A stretch of 64,000 bases of DNA from Spirochaetota bacterium (GCA_963664815.2 CAXXHB010000002.1:416001-480000); one strand, 5' to 3'. Positions 21,216-32,722 are shown, numbered from the stretch's first letter. Program-made: numbers and translations. The notes: a model not told the origin generated them from the sequence alone.

Positions 21216-21941
21216 ATGGATTTTGCAAACTGGAGCAAAGACGAAACTGTAGCAATCGTCACTATGAATAACGGAGAGAACAGACATAGTCCGGCATGGA
21301 CAAAAAGGATGCTGGAGGTGTTCGGTGAAATAACTGCTGATGAGGACATTAAAGCGCTAGTGCTGACGTCAAGTGATGAAAAATTCTGGAACCTTGGTAT
21401 TGATACAGACTGGTTTACCGAAAAATTAGAGAAAAAAGATATTCAATCTATAAGTGAATGGTTTCATGAAAACAATGAGGTTTTCAGATTCCTGATGATG
21501 TGTCCGTTTCCTTCAATTGCAGCCATAACCGGGCATGCTTTCGGCAATGGTATTATGCTTGCAGGTGCATGCGATTTCAGATTCATGCGGTCCGACAAGG
21601 GATTTCTCTGTCTTCCTGAGATTGATCTTGGCATACAGTTGACACCTGCGATGATCGAGTGGATGAAAACAAAAGTAATGCCATATCATCTTTTTATCAG
21701 GATGAAATGGTCTGGAGAACGAGTTCCGGCTGCGGAGCTTGAAAAGCATGGTGTAGTTATGCAGGCTTGTGAAAATGGGGAGGAAACCGTGAGATCAGCA
21801 GTTGCCTTTGCCAAAACTTTCAAAAAATCACGCAAAACTATTGCAGAAATGAAGAGACGTACATACAAGCACATCATTGACAAGATGGAAAATGAAGATC
21901 CTGAATATATCGATCCGCCATTTTTTATGCTCACACGTTAA
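21216..21941 (+). CDS. Enoyl-CoA hydratase/isomerase family protein
   Basis: AAITGHAFGNG...CDFR...CLPEIDLG crotonase motifs. Confidence 0.85.
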   Translation: MDFANWSKDETVAIVTMNNGENRHSPAWTKRMLEVFGEITADEDIKALVLTSSDEKFWNLGIDTDWFTEKLEKKDIQSISEWFHENNEVFRFLMMCPFPSIAAITGHAFGNGIMLAGACDFRFMRSDKGFLCLPEIDLGIQLTPAMIEWMKTKVMPYHLFIRMKWSGERVPAAELEKHGVVMQACENGEETVRSAVAFAKTFKKSRKTIAEMKRRTYKHIIDKMENEDPEYIDPPFFMLTR

Positions 21942-22170
21942 CAGGGAAAAATAATTTAACAGAGCTTGCTGTTGTCTTTTTGTCAGGATTAATACTGAAT
22001 CGTTTTCCAGCTAACTTTCAGGATGTTCCATGAATCTCAGTTTGTTGAATATAAACTTTCTGATAATTTTAGCTCAGAATAATATATAGAAAAAATGAAA
22101 TGTTACTTGATATTTCATCAGATAAGACTTCTTCGTGAAGCGAAAAGATACTGGCTGACCGGGAGAATTC

Positions 22171-23643
22171 ATGAAAAATATATCTATTATATTTGCATTA
22201 TTAATAATATTGATTTCGTCGAACGTCAGGACGGCTCCCGGAAACGCTGTGATACTGGTCTATCCCTTTCAGAACACCGGAGATACAAAATATTCATGGG
22301 TCTCAGCCGGGATGACCGATTCGGTTATTTCTGATCTGAACCGGTTAAAAAACATTACTGTAATCACGGAATCTGACAGGAAAAAAGCCGTCATGGAAAT
22401 AGAACTGGGTATGACAGGGCTAATCAGTGAGAAGACGATCACCGGGGTAGGAGAGCTTATTGGAGCAACAACGATCTTTACCGGAAGCTACCTTGTAGTG
22501 GATAATACAATCCGCGTTAATGCAAAGATAATCAATGTCTCTACAGGTACTCTTGAAAAATCAATCAAGATCGACGGGGCAATGGATGACATCTTTTGTG
22601 TGCAGGATAAAATCATTGGTACGCTCATGGATGAATCGAAACAGTTAAATAAAACTGGAACGATCACATTCGGAGATGAGGAGAAAAATATCATTGCAGA
22701 TAAACATAAGCCGGCGTTGACTGCATATGAGTATTATTCGAAGGGGCTTGAGATTATTGATACCAACCCTAAAGAGGCGCTTAAATACTTTAAAAAGGCC
22801 GGGAAAAAAGATTCAGAATACTTTGATGCGTTTGAACACGCGGGCTTTGTATGCGGTGTCCATTTAAACGAATACGAAGAAGCCCTGGAATATTTTAATA
22901 AGGCTGAGGAAATATTAAAAAACAAAAATAAAATAAAATCTGAAGACTACGTGAAGCTGTTAATATCTTATGCTGATACTGCTGCGGGCAGGGGGATGAA
23001 ATACCAGGATCAGGCTTTGAAGTATCTGGACAGAGCCAAAGAAATTATGACGGTTATGGGATTAACAGAAACTCAATTATATGCCAAGGTTTTGAAAAAT
23101 TATGGCGATACGTACCTGTTAACAAGGGGGGCATTTAAAAAGGCGCTTGAATATTATTTGCAGTCACAGGAAATATTACTGAAGCTTGGATTAACAAATA
23201 CTATGGAATACGGCAGCCTGATGCTCAACATGGGAAGCGCATACGGATACGGAGATGATCATAAAAGTGCTGTTGAGCATTGGGATTATGAACGGAGATT
23301 GCTGATTAAGTATAATATGAAAGAATCCATACCATATGCCGATGTAGCTGTTAATATGGGAAGCTCCTATGTAATTCTGGATGAAGCCGAGAAGGGATTC
23401 CTGCTTCAAAAGGAGGCTAAGTCAATTTTTGAAAAAATGAAAATGGAGGAAACAAATCAATATGCCGGTGTATTATACAATATGGGCCTTAATAGAAGGT
23501 CGCTCTGGATGAGGAAAAAAGATAAAAAGGCTTTGAGCGAATCCTGCGGATATTACAGGCAGGCTATGGAACTTCTTAATAGGAATAAATATGAAGGCAG
23601 CATGATTTTTCTTATAGAAATGCAACTGAAGCAGTGTGAGTAA
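22171..23643 (+). CDS. Exported FlgO/TolB-N-like domain plus tetratricopeptide repeat protein
   Basis: VYPFQN...GSY...IRVNAKII N-terminal domain followed by TPR repeats; signal peptide. Confidence 0.75.
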   Translation: MKNISIIFALLIILISSNVRTAPGNAVILVYPFQNTGDTKYSWVSAGMTDSVISDLNRLKNITVITESDRKKAVMEIELGMTGLISEKTITGVGELIGATTIFTGSYLVVDNTIRVNAKIINVSTGTLEKSIKIDGAMDDIFCVQDKIIGTLMDESKQLNKTGTITFGDEEKNIIADKHKPALTAYEYYSKGLEIIDTNPKEALKYFKKAGKKDSEYFDAFEHAGFVCGVHLNEYEEALEYFNKAEEILKNKNKIKSEDYVKLLISYADTAAGRGMKYQDQALKYLDRAKEIMTVMGLTETQLYAKVLKNYGDTYLLTRGAFKKALEYYLQSQEILLKLGLTNTMEYGSLMLNMGSAYGYGDDHKSAVEHWDYERRLLIKYNMKESIPYADVAVNMGSSYVILDEAEKGFLLQKEAKSIFEKMKMEETNQYAGVLYNMGLNRRSLWMRKKDKKALSESCGYYRQAMELLNRNKYEGSMIFLIEMQLKQCE

Positions 23644-24010
23644 CCAGATAATATGATTTAATTCCCCACTTGCAACAACAGAAATTGATCCGCCTTATCT
23701 TTCAGTACCTCCCGCACTGGAATTTATTTAAGCACAATAATTCACCCGATTTTTAACGATCCTTTTGATGCCCCTGTTTGACTGATCCATCGGTGTATTT
23801 TTTTAATTAGATATTCCGTGGCCGGGTTTTTGTATTTTACTAATATCCTGCAGTATCCTTTTTGATAAATAATAATACAAAATTATTGAAAGGCTTTAAA
23901 ATTTCATTATTATAATAAATATATAAAGTATTTATAATTTCTTTATGTCTGTTTAAGAGGTTTTAAAAAACCTTTTAATATCTGGAAATATAAAAAATGG
24001 AAAAATAGTA

Positions 24011-25450
24011 ATGTTTAAAAAGAAAAGAAGCATTGTCAGTGACAGATTGAAAAAGATCAGTGAAGGAGAATTTCATTTATCTGTTGCAGATGGAAAGAAA
24101 GAAGAATATGAATACAAAAATCTGACTGATAAACTGACTAAAAGCAGGAATGATATTAGTACGCTTATTAAAAACGTATTCCAGATTGCAACCAGCATCA
24201 GTGCCTTTGATATGAAGCTGTCGTTTTACAGCAGAATTATGAACAGGATGTCGCTTGATATAAACATGATGTCAGATTCACTGAATAACTCGTTAAGAGA
24301 AACCTCCATCGCAATTAATGAAATTACCACATCAAATTCCGAGCTGATAACGGCATTGAGCAATATCGGGGAAAGATCCAGAATAATAAGTGACAGTGTG
24401 AAAGACAGCAGCAGAAAACTCGAGGAGATAAGTACCGGAGGAGCGCAGGTTCTGATAACTGCAGACAACATGAAAAACGATTTTGACAGCCTTTCGGGGA
24501 TAATGAGTGAAATGGACTCGGCGATCAAAGGTATCTATGAGATTTCAGATCAGACAAATCTGCTTGCACTTAATGCGTCGATTGAAGCAGCCAGAGCGGG
24601 TGATTCCGGCAAAGGGTTTTCCGTTGTTGCGGATGAAATCAGGAAACTTTCAGATACAACGAAAAGTAATCTGGATGCAATCAACTCTCTTATGACAAAA
24701 GTAAAGGAAGCGCTTCTGAAAAGTAATACCAGCACCAGTGAAACCATATCTTCCGTTAATAATATAAATAGCGCTATTGAAGCAATTTCGTCTAATTTTT
24801 CAGTAAACACTTCTTCAATTAACGGGATAGCTGAAGATATCTCTTCCATCTCAGCTCAGAATGAGGAGTTGAATGCATCACTTGAAGAAATAACTGCAAC
24901 AACAAATTTCCTGTTTGAAGAAACAACAAGGATGAAAGACCTTTCGGAAAATCTGAGAGAATCAGGAAATAATGTGCATAATGTATCGGACGAGATTAAA
25001 GAAATTGAAACACATGTAATTGATACATCCAGGATGGCAGGAGATATATCAAATGAAAGGATGTTCGGGCTATCAAATGAAGATTTTATTGAATCAATAA
25101 ATTCCGCGATAACCGCTCATGCAAAATGGGTAGAAAGCTTAAAAGCGATGATCGATGAAATGGAATTACGCCCGCTCCAGATTGATGATCATAAATGCGG
25201 ATTCGGCCATTTTTATCATTCAGTTAAACCATTTTCTGAAAAGGTTTTATTTCTCTGGGAATCAATAGATGAAAATCACCACAAACTTCACAGCATGGGT
25301 GAAGTTGTTATGGAGAAAATAAAAAATAATAATAAAAATGATGCTCTGAAATCATATGCAGAAGTTAAAAATGTTTCCGGTCAAATAATAAAAATTTTTG
25401 AAGAGCTTATCATAATTGTTAAAAGTATGGGAGATGAAAAAGTATTCTGA
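24011..25450 (+). CDS. Soluble methyl-accepting chemotaxis protein with C-terminal CZB domain
   Basis: [31 protein letters not shown]; CZB motif H..W...C.FG..Y...H..LH; no TM segment. Confidence 0.9.
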   Translation: MFKKKRSIVSDRLKKISEGEFHLSVADGKKEEYEYKNLTDKLTKSRNDISTLIKNVFQIATSISAFDMKLSFYSRIMNRMSLDINMMSDSLNNSLRETSIAINEITTSNSELITALSNIGERSRIISDSVKDSSRKLEEISTGGAQVLITADNMKNDFDSLSGIMSEMDSAIKGIYEISDQTNLLALNASIEAARAGDSGKGFSVVADEIRKLSDTTKSNLDAINSLMTKVKEALLKSNTSTSETISSVNNINSAIEAISSNFSVNTSSINGIAEDISSISAQNEELNASLEEITATTNFLFEETTRMKDLSENLRESGNNVHNVSDEIKEIETHVIDTSRMAGDISNERMFGLSNEDFIESINSAITAHAKWVESLKAMIDEMELRPLQIDDHKCGFGHFYHSVKPFSEKVLFLWESIDENHHKLHSMGEVVMEKIKNNNKNDALKSYAEVKNVSGQIIKIFEELIIIVKSMGDEKVF

Positions 25451-25527
25451 TTTATAAATTTATAACATTCGAAGGAATGAACATGATTGATGTAAATAAA
25501 AATAGAATGAAGTAACTGCAGCGTAAG

Positions 25528-25729
25528 AAATCTCCGGAATATCCTAATCTTCAGAACAGTATTGACAGAGCTTATACAGCAAAATGTGAGCCAGATTAAG
25601 CAATTGAGTGTTGCCATAAATCTAAAAAACATATATGATGCAAACTGTATGCAGAATAAACCTGATAATACCGGACTGATTAATTCCCTTGCTACTGTTT
25701 ATCAGAATAAGGGTTATAATAAACAGTAG
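25528..25729 (+). pseudogene. Degraded TPR-repeat gene fragment
   Basis: Manual translation KSPEYPNLQNSIDRAYTAKCEPD*AIECCHKSK / NIYDAN...GLINSLATVYQNKG, with a stop and a frameshift. Confidence 0.5.
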
Positions 25730-25931
25730 AGAGAATGTTATCGTTTTTTTTATCGACGGTGAGCAGCAGGTTCAGTTAGTTCCGGTATAATGAGTTAATA
25801 AACTACTGTGGTTTAAAGAAGTTTCCTGCATAAAAAAATGAAATTCCATTTATCATCAGAGGCGACATCTTTCATCCGGAGAGAATCCTTGAGGTGATAC
25901 ATAAAGGATTTCTCTCCTTAATGGGTTTGGT

Positions 25932-26585
25932 TCAGGAATGAATGATATTTTTAATTCCATAGACTACCATCATCAGGTGAAGCATAGCCCCGCCAATGAT
26001 AAAGAGATGGAATATCTCGTGAAATCCAAAATAGGAAGGGATGGGGTTCGGCTTTTTAAGAGCATAAATTACCGCACCGATAGTATATGATATACCCCCT
26101 GAGGCAAGAAATATCATTGCAGTGGCAGGCATTGTATGAATCAGTGTGGATATAGGAACAACAACAATCCACCCCATAAGAAGATATATAAGAGTTCCTA
26201 TGACTCTTGGGGCATTGATAAAAAAAACTTTAAAAACGGTCCCGATGATTACCAGTGACCACTGGGCAATGAGAATTCCCCATTTCATGTTGCCTTCAAG
26301 ATAAAAAAAGCATATAGGTGTATATGTTCCGGCTATGAGAAAAAAAATTGCTGAGTGATCCAGCTTTCTCCAGATGGTTGTATCGTTATCGGTTACTTTT
26401 TTCGAATGGTAAATGAAGCTTGCACTGAAAAGAAATATTCCCGAAAGCCCATAAATTAAAGAAACAACCTGAGCCGCAGTATTACCTGTTGAAAGAAGCA
26501 GCAGAATAAATGTTCCCATTACCATTACGGGAATTGTTCCGCCATGAGTCAGTGCCGATATTTTTTCTCTGTCAGAAATATTCAT
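25932..26585 (-). CDS. Hemolysin III (PAQR/TrhA) family membrane protein
   Basis: S..YH, LDHSAIFFLIAGTYTP, HEIFHLF motifs; start at MNISDREK with an AGAGG RBS. Confidence 0.9.
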   Translation of the reverse strand: MNISDREKISALTHGGTIPVMVMGTFILLLLSTGNTAAQVVSLIYGLSGIFLFSASFIYHSKKVTDNDTTIWRKLDHSAIFFLIAGTYTPICFFYLEGNMKWGILIAQWSLVIIGTVFKVFFINAPRVIGTLIYLLMGWIVVVPISTLIHTMPATAMIFLASGGISYTIGAVIYALKKPNPIPSYFGFHEIFHLFIIGGAMLHLMMVVYGIKNIIHS

Positions 26586-26652
26586 TAAGTTCAACCTCTG
26601 TCGATTTTTATAAAAAGTAAAACTTAAAAGTTTTAAAAAGGTTGCAATTTTT

Positions 26653-26680
26653 TGCAACCGGAGGATAAAAGTGTGGTTAT
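26653..26680 (+). promoter_or_regulatory. Putative ECF-sigma promoter (TGCAAC-N16-GGTTAT)
   Basis: AAC(-35)/GTT(-10) pattern upstream of the operon encoding the ECF sigma factor. Confidence 0.4.
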
Positions 26681-26729
26681 AAGCATTAAAGAACAGAAAA
26701 CAGTAAAAAAGAATTATAAGGAGTTTGTT

Positions 26730-27074
26730 ATGCCTTCATTGTCCATAGCTGCACAGGTAATAGTAAGTATTATACCAATAGTAGGAATTGTAATGGGGTG
26801 TTCTGTGATTTTTTTTTATCTTCTCTGGAGTTACAAACTGAAAGTGAAAATGATCGAAAAAGGTATATATACAAGAGTACCGTTTGATCTGGACATATTT
26901 TCGCTTTTGTCAGGACTTGTTCTTTTTATTCTGGGCCTTGTGCTTTTGATTTTTTTTCTGGTAAAAGATGGTTTCTGCTACGGAATGTTAGGTGGACTTA
27001 TTCCTGCATCAATTGGTTTAAGTTTCCTTCTTTTTTTCCTGGTAAGAATCAGGTTTAAATCCCGAAATGCCTGA
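26730..27074 (+). CDS. Small 3-TM membrane protein (DUF6249-like) heading the ECF operon
   Basis: AAGGAG RBS before ATG 26730; 'MIEKG' motif followed by TM helices. Confidence 0.65.
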   Translation: MPSLSIAAQVIVSIIPIVGIVMGCSVIFFYLLWSYKLKVKMIEKGIYTRVPFDLDIFSLLSGLVLFILGLVLLIFFLVKDGFCYGMLGGLIPASIGLSFLLFFLVRIRFKSRNA

Positions 27075-27633
27075 TATAAGAATATCTGATGAATATATTG
27101 TCCGGCAGGTTCAGAAGGGAAAATCAGAATTATACAGTCTGATTGTACAGAGATACCAGGATAAGATATTCAGCATAGGGATGAGATTCTTTTATGACAG
27201 AGATGACTCTGCTGATTTTACCCAGGAGGTGTTTCTTAAGGCTTTTAAAAGTATTAATTCTTACAGGGAGATTGCTAATTTCAAGTATTGGCTGGTTAAA
27301 CTTGCATATAATCATGCAATTAATACAAAAAAAAGTCTTCAGGACAGAGGGGTGGAATTTAACTGTGAGGAGATTCAGTCGAAATATGAGCTTCCTGAAA
27401 AGAGTCATATTTATAGTGAAATAAAGGAGATACTTACCGGAGAGATAAATATGCTCCCGGAGAGATACAGGATTTGTATTGATTTTTATTTTTTTTTAGG
27501 ATTGAAGTATAATGAAATAAGTGAGATTACCGGCTATCCGGTTAATACAATAAAATCGGATGTACTAAGGGCAAAAAATATATTAAGGCAGAAACTTAAG
27601 GGGACAATCGCGGAGGAATATGAAGAAATGTAA
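27067..27633 (+). CDS. ECF RNA polymerase sigma factor
   Basis: DFTQEVFLKAF, F..WL..LAYN region 2; Y.EISEITGYPVNTIKS region 4. Confidence 0.9.
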   Translation: MPDIRISDEYIVRQVQKGKSELYSLIVQRYQDKIFSIGMRFFYDRDDSADFTQEVFLKAFKSINSYREIANFKYWLVKLAYNHAINTKKSLQDRGVEFNCEEIQSKYELPEKSHIYSEIKEILTGEINMLPERYRICIDFYFFLGLKYNEISEITGYPVNTIKSDVLRAKNILRQKLKGTIAEEYEEM

Positions 27634-28087
27634 TAAAGCAGTTGATAAATACCTGGAAATTGAGGATCCTTCACATATTCCATTTCTGATAAGGTTTCAT
27701 ATGGCATTCTGCCGTGAATGTCGTATAGAAATATTGAGACTTAAGAATCTTTTTGTTTCATTATTGAATGAATCTTCATACGAAGCAGAATATAGTATGA
27801 CATCATCGATAATGCATTTAATAAATAATGAAAGAAATTTAAATGTAAAAAAAATATCTGTATTTAAATGGGTCACTATAGGTTCGGTTATTTATCTGAG
27901 TATTGTTCTTATAAATTACAGTGAATCATTTTTATGTGTAAAGAAAGAACTAGGATCTTTTTACACAATATCAATGAGCATTGTCATGGGACTTTTGCTG
28001 TCAGCGTATTCAGTAATCTTTATCGGGTGTAATTATGAATATATAAAAGTGTACATTGAAGCACATGTAAAGTGGAAGATGAAATGA
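27620..28087 (+). CDS. Zinc-finger (HxxxCxxC) transmembrane anti-sigma factor
   Basis: HMAFCREC motif, 2 TM helices, overlaps the sigma gene. Confidence 0.7.
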   Translation: MKKCNKAVDKYLEIEDPSHIPFLIRFHMAFCRECRIEILRLKNLFVSLLNESSYEAEYSMTSSIMHLINNERNLNVKKISVFKWVTIGSVIYLSIVLINYSESFLCVKKELGSFYTISMSIVMGLLLSAYSVIFIGCNYEYIKVYIEAHVKWKMK

Positions 28088-28224
28088 GAGGATTTAATTC
28101 TGGAATGTTTTCTGCTGTATAGCTGTATAATTATATAATTGTAAAAAATAATAAAAAAATATTGACCTTAAACAGAATGCGTTGTATTTATAAAAAGACA
28201 TAATATTTTTTTAACAGGTGCTGC

Positions 28225-28680
28225 ATGAGTGATTACGAAGCTTACAGTAAAATTCTTACAAAATCGGTAAATCATATATTCAGGAAATTTCTTGATGACC
28301 ACGATATATCTGAAGTTTTTGAAAGCCAGGCGGGAGAAAAAGATCCACAGGTGGCGATAGAAATCAAGGGTACTCTCAAGGGAGAGCTTGTAATCAATAT
28401 GCCGCAAAAAACTCTGAACCAGATTTCAAGAAAATTTATTGGAGATCCAAAGGCCAAAATATCAAAAAATATGAGTGCCGATGTAGCTGGAGAGCTTGCA
28501 AATCTTATTACAGGTACTTTTGCCAACCTTATGCAGTATGCTGAGCATGACCTAATTTTATCGCCGCCGGAATTTAATGATGATCCAATAACAATAAAAG
28601 CACTTTACGACAATGTTAATATATCATTTATCTCTTCTTATGGCGGATTTGATATAGATTTCTATTACAGGGATAACTGA
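28225..28680 (+). CDS. cheX: Chemotaxis phosphatase CheX family
   Basis: G.LKG.L, GELANLITG and LSPP motifs. Confidence 0.8.
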   Translation: MSDYEAYSKILTKSVNHIFRKFLDDHDISEVFESQAGEKDPQVAIEIKGTLKGELVINMPQKTLNQISRKFIGDPKAKISKNMSADVAGELANLITGTFANLMQYAEHDLILSPPEFNDDPITIKALYDNVNISFISSYGGFDIDFYYRDN

Positions 28681-28682
28681 GT

Positions 28683-29144
28683 TTATCCTATTATCTCCCA
28701 GAAGCTTCCATTGTACTTAACACATATTTCGCCGGGACCGTTGCTGTCGAAGTAAGTGAATTCAACAACAGGTTTGTGAGTATTAAGAAATTCGACTGCT
28801 TCTTCGTCTGAAAGCAGTTCAAATGCCCACCAGACAGCCATCTCCGCGACATATTCGTTGATTTTTCCGTCCCAGCCGAAAGGGAGATCTTTTGCCAGCG
28901 GGTCAATACCTGTATAGGTAGATGGAACATTAATGAGGATCATATCGCTTTTTCCGAAAATGTTTTTACCGGATGAAATACTGAACAGACCTATTCTGTT
29001 ATAGTTCATCTGCCATGAACTGATCTGGTTCCCATCCCTGCTCAGGCCGAAGGGTGTCCGGATAAATGGATTATCCTTAACCTCTTTTTCCTTTTCTGCT
29101 GCGAAGTCATCAAGACGGTTTTGTTTGAATTCAGATACTTTCAT
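28683..29144 (-). CDS. Hypothetical protein
   Basis: 153-aa ORF convergent with cheX. Confidence 0.55.
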   Translation of the reverse strand: MKVSEFKQNRLDDFAAEKEKEVKDNPFIRTPFGLSRDGNQISSWQMNYNRIGLFSISSGKNIFGKSDMILINVPSTYTGIDPLAKDLPFGWDGKINEYVAEMAVWWAFELLSDEEAVEFLNTHKPVVEFTYFDSNGPGEICVKYNGSFWEIIG

Positions 29145-29395
29145 TCTTTATATAAGTGATAATCAGAGTTGGTTGTAAAGGATTTATTTTTGCACCGGAT
29201 AGTAAAAAGATTGAATTTTTATAATATAGGTTAATATTAATAAGTGAAAATTATTTAATAATAAATTTATTGAAAAGTTTTAATTCATTTGTAACATTGA
29301 ATTAAAACAATTAATGAATAAATAATTGTATTCTCTGTCATTTCTGTTGAAATGAATAAAATGTGTAATTAAAAGAATATCAAAAGGAGACAACA

Positions 29396-30397
29396 ATGAC
29401 TCATGCATTGAAATTTTTATTTAGTTCAAGTATTGTATTTTTATCAGCATTTAACCTCTATGCCGAATGCGTAGACGGAGATTGCGTTAATGGTAAAGGA
29501 AAATTTCTCTACAGCAACGGAGCGGTTTATGAAGGTCAGTTCAAAGATGAGAAGATGACAGGAAATGGAATTTACACGGACAAAAAAGGGGACCGATATG
29601 AAGGTGAATTTACCGACGGGAAACTGAATGGTAAGGGTAAAGTTACTTACAAAACCGGCGAGATTGCTGATGGAGATTATAAGGACAATCTTCTTGAAGG
29701 AAACGGATCTATTATTACTAAATCCGGAGATAAATTTACCGGAGAATTTGTTAAAGGTAAAAAAAATGGAAAAGGTGTATTTATTTTTACGACTGGAGAA
29801 AAATATACCGGAATGTTTAAAGATGATTTTTTTAATGGGGAAGGAACATATAATTATTCAAATGGAGCATCCTTCACAGGACCTTTTATTAAAGGAAAAC
29901 CTTTAGGGAATGGAACGTTTATTGATGCAGCAGGTGATATTTTTACAGGAAATTTTGCTAATGGTAAAATTAATGGCAAAGGGACTGTGGCTTTTAAAAA
30001 CGGTTCAAAATATGATGGAAATTTTGTAAACAGTACAATAAGCGGTAAAGGTTCCTTTATTGATAAAAACGGAGATCAGTATACAGGGGATTTTAAAAAT
30101 GGTAAACTGAATGGGAAAGGGGTGATAACCTACGCAAACGGCAATATCTATGAAGGAAACTTTGTAAATGACATACTCGAGGGGAAAGGGAGGCATACTT
30201 CAAAAAGCGGAGCTGTATATGAAGGTAATTTTAAAAAAGGGGTATACGACGGCAAGGGCACACTTGTTCAGGCGAATAAAATTAAATATGTTGGAGATTT
30301 TAAAGACGGCGTTCCCCATGGCAATGGTATTATTTACAGATCTGACGGATCTGAAGATCGTAAAGGTAAATTTGTAAACGGGAAGTTTCAGGAATAG
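29396..30397 (+). CDS. Exported MORN-repeat protein
   Basis: About 13 repeats of Y.G.F..GK..G.G; signal peptide and CxxGDC cap. Confidence 0.9.
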   Translation: MTHALKFLFSSSIVFLSAFNLYAECVDGDCVNGKGKFLYSNGAVYEGQFKDEKMTGNGIYTDKKGDRYEGEFTDGKLNGKGKVTYKTGEIADGDYKDNLLEGNGSIITKSGDKFTGEFVKGKKNGKGVFIFTTGEKYTGMFKDDFFNGEGTYNYSNGASFTGPFIKGKPLGNGTFIDAAGDIFTGNFANGKINGKGTVAFKNGSKYDGNFVNSTISGKGSFIDKNGDQYTGDFKNGKLNGKGVITYANGNIYEGNFVNDILEGKGRHTSKSGAVYEGNFKKGVYDGKGTLVQANKIKYVGDFKDGVPHGNGIIYRSDGSEDRKGKFVNGKFQE

Positions 30398-30406
30398 AGT
30401 TTTTTT

Positions 30407-30442
30407 AAGATTCACTGCTTAATTTTCAGCGGTGAGTCTTTT
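30407..30442 (+). terminator. Intrinsic terminator after the MORN gene
   Basis: AAGATTCACTGCT...AGCGGTGAGTCTT hairpin followed by T residues. Confidence 0.55.
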
Positions 30443-30469
30443 GTAAATAAAAAAAGTATTAATGGCCGG

Positions 30470-30862
30470 TTGATGAAAATCATATATATTAAATCAAATT
30501 CAGCAGAGGAGCTGATTGATATTACCGGAGAGGTAATAAAAGCTGTAAATGAGTCTGGTGTCAGCGAGGGGTTATGCTGCATTTATACTCCTCATACGAC
30601 AGCCGCTGTTACAATAAATGAAAATGCTGATCCATCGGTAAAAATTGATATTCTTGCGGGTTTAAGGTCATTAGAACTTGAAAAAGTGCATTTTCTTCAC
30701 GGAGAGGGGAACTCCCCTGCCCATATTAAATCATCACTGGTTGGTATTTCGGAATTTGTTATTGTTGAGAAAGGTATTCTTCAGCTTGGAACATGGCAGG
30801 GTATTTATTTTTGCGAGTTTGACGGTCCGCGGAACAGAAGAGTTTATGTTACGGTCAGTTAG
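30470..30862 (+). CDS. yjbQ: YjbQ / UPF0047 family protein
   Basis: [41 protein letters not shown]. Confidence 0.9.
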   Translation: MMKIIYIKSNSAEELIDITGEVIKAVNESGVSEGLCCIYTPHTTAAVTINENADPSVKIDILAGLRSLELEKVHFLHGEGNSPAHIKSSLVGISEFVIVEKGILQLGTWQGIYFCEFDGPRNRRVYVTVS

Positions 30863-31907
30863 TATCTTCATCGAATAGTATCTGCTGGTTATCTTCTGCT
30901 ATTCTTGTAAGTTCAATACCCAGATGTTTGTATGCATGTGCTGTTACCATTCTTCCACGGGGTGTTCTTTTCAGCAGACCTGTCTGTACAAGAAACGGCT
31001 CGTAGTAGTCTTCAAGAGTGTCGGTCTCCTCGCCCACTGATATGGCAATTGTCTTTAAACCTACAGGCCCGCCGTTATACTTTTCAATGATTGAAGAAAG
31101 TATTCTCCTGTCCATTTCGTCAAGGCCGAGTTCATCTATATCGAGTCTTTCCAGCGAATATTTTGTGGTTTCAAGATTAATCCGCTCATGCTTCAGGACA
31201 GTAGTGAAGTCTGCAACACGGCGGACTAGCCTGTTGACAATACGCGGAGTTCTTCTTGAACGTCTTGCAATCTCAAGAGCAGCATCGTCATCTATCTCTA
31301 CGCCGATGATTCCTGCCGTACGTGTGGCGATCTTTTTCAGATCTTCAGGTTCGTAGTAATTTAAGCGAAGCGGAATGCCAAACCTGTCCCTGAGAGCGGC
31401 TGTGAGGAGGCCTGTACGCGTTGTAGCTCCCACCAGAGTAAATGAAGCGAGATTTAGTTTAATACTTTTCGCACCAATGCCCTGTCCGATAATTATATCT
31501 ATGGATCTGTCTTCCATTGCAGGATAGAGAATTTCTTCTATGGCCGGGGAGAGCCGGTGTATTTCGTCGATGAACAGTACATCGTGTTCCTCAAGTCCGG
31601 TTAGTATTGAGGCAAGATCACCTGCTTTATCGATGATCGGGGCAGATGTAGCTTTAAGGTTTACTCCAAGTTCCTGAGCTATAATAAATGCCAGTGTTGT
31701 TTTACCAAGGCCGGGGGGTCCGGAGAGAAGAATATGATCAAGGGATTTTTTCCTGAGTTTTGCTGATTCTATAAAAACTTTGAGGTTGTCAGTGATTTTT
31801 TTCTGACCTATAAACTCGTCCAGTCGTGCCGGCCTCAGGGAGAGTTCATGGTCAGATTCCTCTTCGGGAATTTTACCAGCGTCTAATATTCTGGATATCT
31901 GATCCAT
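30855..31907 (-). CDS. ruvB: Holliday junction branch migration DNA helicase RuvB
   Basis: [36 protein letters not shown]...RTPRGR. Confidence 0.97.
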   Translation of the reverse strand: MDQISRILDAGKIPEEESDHELSLRPARLDEFIGQKKITDNLKVFIESAKLRKKSLDHILLSGPPGLGKTTLAFIIAQELGVNLKATSAPIIDKAGDLASILTGLEEHDVLFIDEIHRLSPAIEEILYPAMEDRSIDIIIGQGIGAKSIKLNLASFTLVGATTRTGLLTAALRDRFGIPLRLNYYEPEDLKKIATRTAGIIGVEIDDDAALEIARRSRRTPRIVNRLVRRVADFTTVLKHERINLETTKYSLERLDIDELGLDEMDRRILSSIIEKYNGGPVGLKTIAISVGEETDTLEDYYEPFLVQTGLLKRTPRGRMVTAHAYKHLGIELTRIAEDNQQILFDEDTN

Positions 31908-31910
31908 CTG

Positions 31911-32375
31911 CTATGTCAGGGAATAACTTTTCAGTGTTTTAATAATAGAATCCGCGGTTTTCTGTTCAAGAAGTTTTTCGCGGAGTTCCTGGTCGCTCAT
32001 CATTTTTGCAATGTTTGCCAGAGTTTTTATATGTTGTGTAAGTTTATCTTTCGGGACAATAAGGAGGATTACAATCTTTACAGGTTCGTTGTCAATGGAA
32101 TCAAAATTTAATCCCCGGGGAGTAATAGCCATTACGGCTATTATGTTGTTGACCTTTGTTGTTGAACAGTGCGGTATAGCAACTCCGTTACCGATACCTG
32201 TACTCATCGATTTTTCTCTTTCAATAAGGGAGCTTTTTATAGCTTCAGAGTCTTCATGAGAAATTTCTTTATTCTTTACCGTGAGATCAATCATCTCTTC
32301 AATGATTTCCCACCTGTTTTTTGCATTGGATTTAACCAATATATTATTCTTTTTTAGATTTTCAAGCAGGCTCAT
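31911..32375 (-). CDS. PTS EIIA (fructose/nitrogen-regulatory type)
   Basis: RE..MSTGIGNGVAIPH motif. Confidence 0.88.
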   Translation of the reverse strand: MSLLENLKKNNILVKSNAKNRWEIIEEMIDLTVKNKEISHEDSEAIKSSLIEREKSMSTGIGNGVAIPHCSTTKVNNIIAVMAITPRGLNFDSIDNEPVKIVILLIVPKDKLTQHIKTLANIAKMMSDQELREKLLEQKTADSIIKTLKSYSLT

Positions 32376-32722
32376 TTTAAATTATTCGTCATCTTTTAAT
32401 TTAAGTTAATTATATGTAAAGTTGTTTATTCGTCAAGTCTATAATGTAAATGAAGAAGGTAATTCTTCCGGGTAATACAGAATAAATATTTTTTCAAATC
32501 TTCATTTTAACTGTTTTTATAATTATTGCTGTTGATCAAAATCTTGATTCCCTCGCATTTATTAACTATTTTGTCAATAAAATTGCAGTATTATCGATGT
32601 TACCATAGGAGAGCGGCTTTTTTAAATGCCGCTTTAAATTTACATTTTAAAATTTTGTTGACTCTTTTAAAAAGGATATTTGTAATAATTGAGGATTTAA
32701 TATAAATAGAGAGGGATTCAAT

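Noticed and set aside
23644-24010. Intergenic region upstream of the MCP as a possible riboswitch or pseudogene
   Set aside because: No recognisable c-di-GMP riboswitch motif and no convincing translation in the frame examined
29396-30397. Periodic DNA repeats that could suggest a CRISPR array
   Set aside because: Degenerate in-frame MORN protein repeats; no identical repeats with spacers. No CRISPR array was seen anywhere in the window
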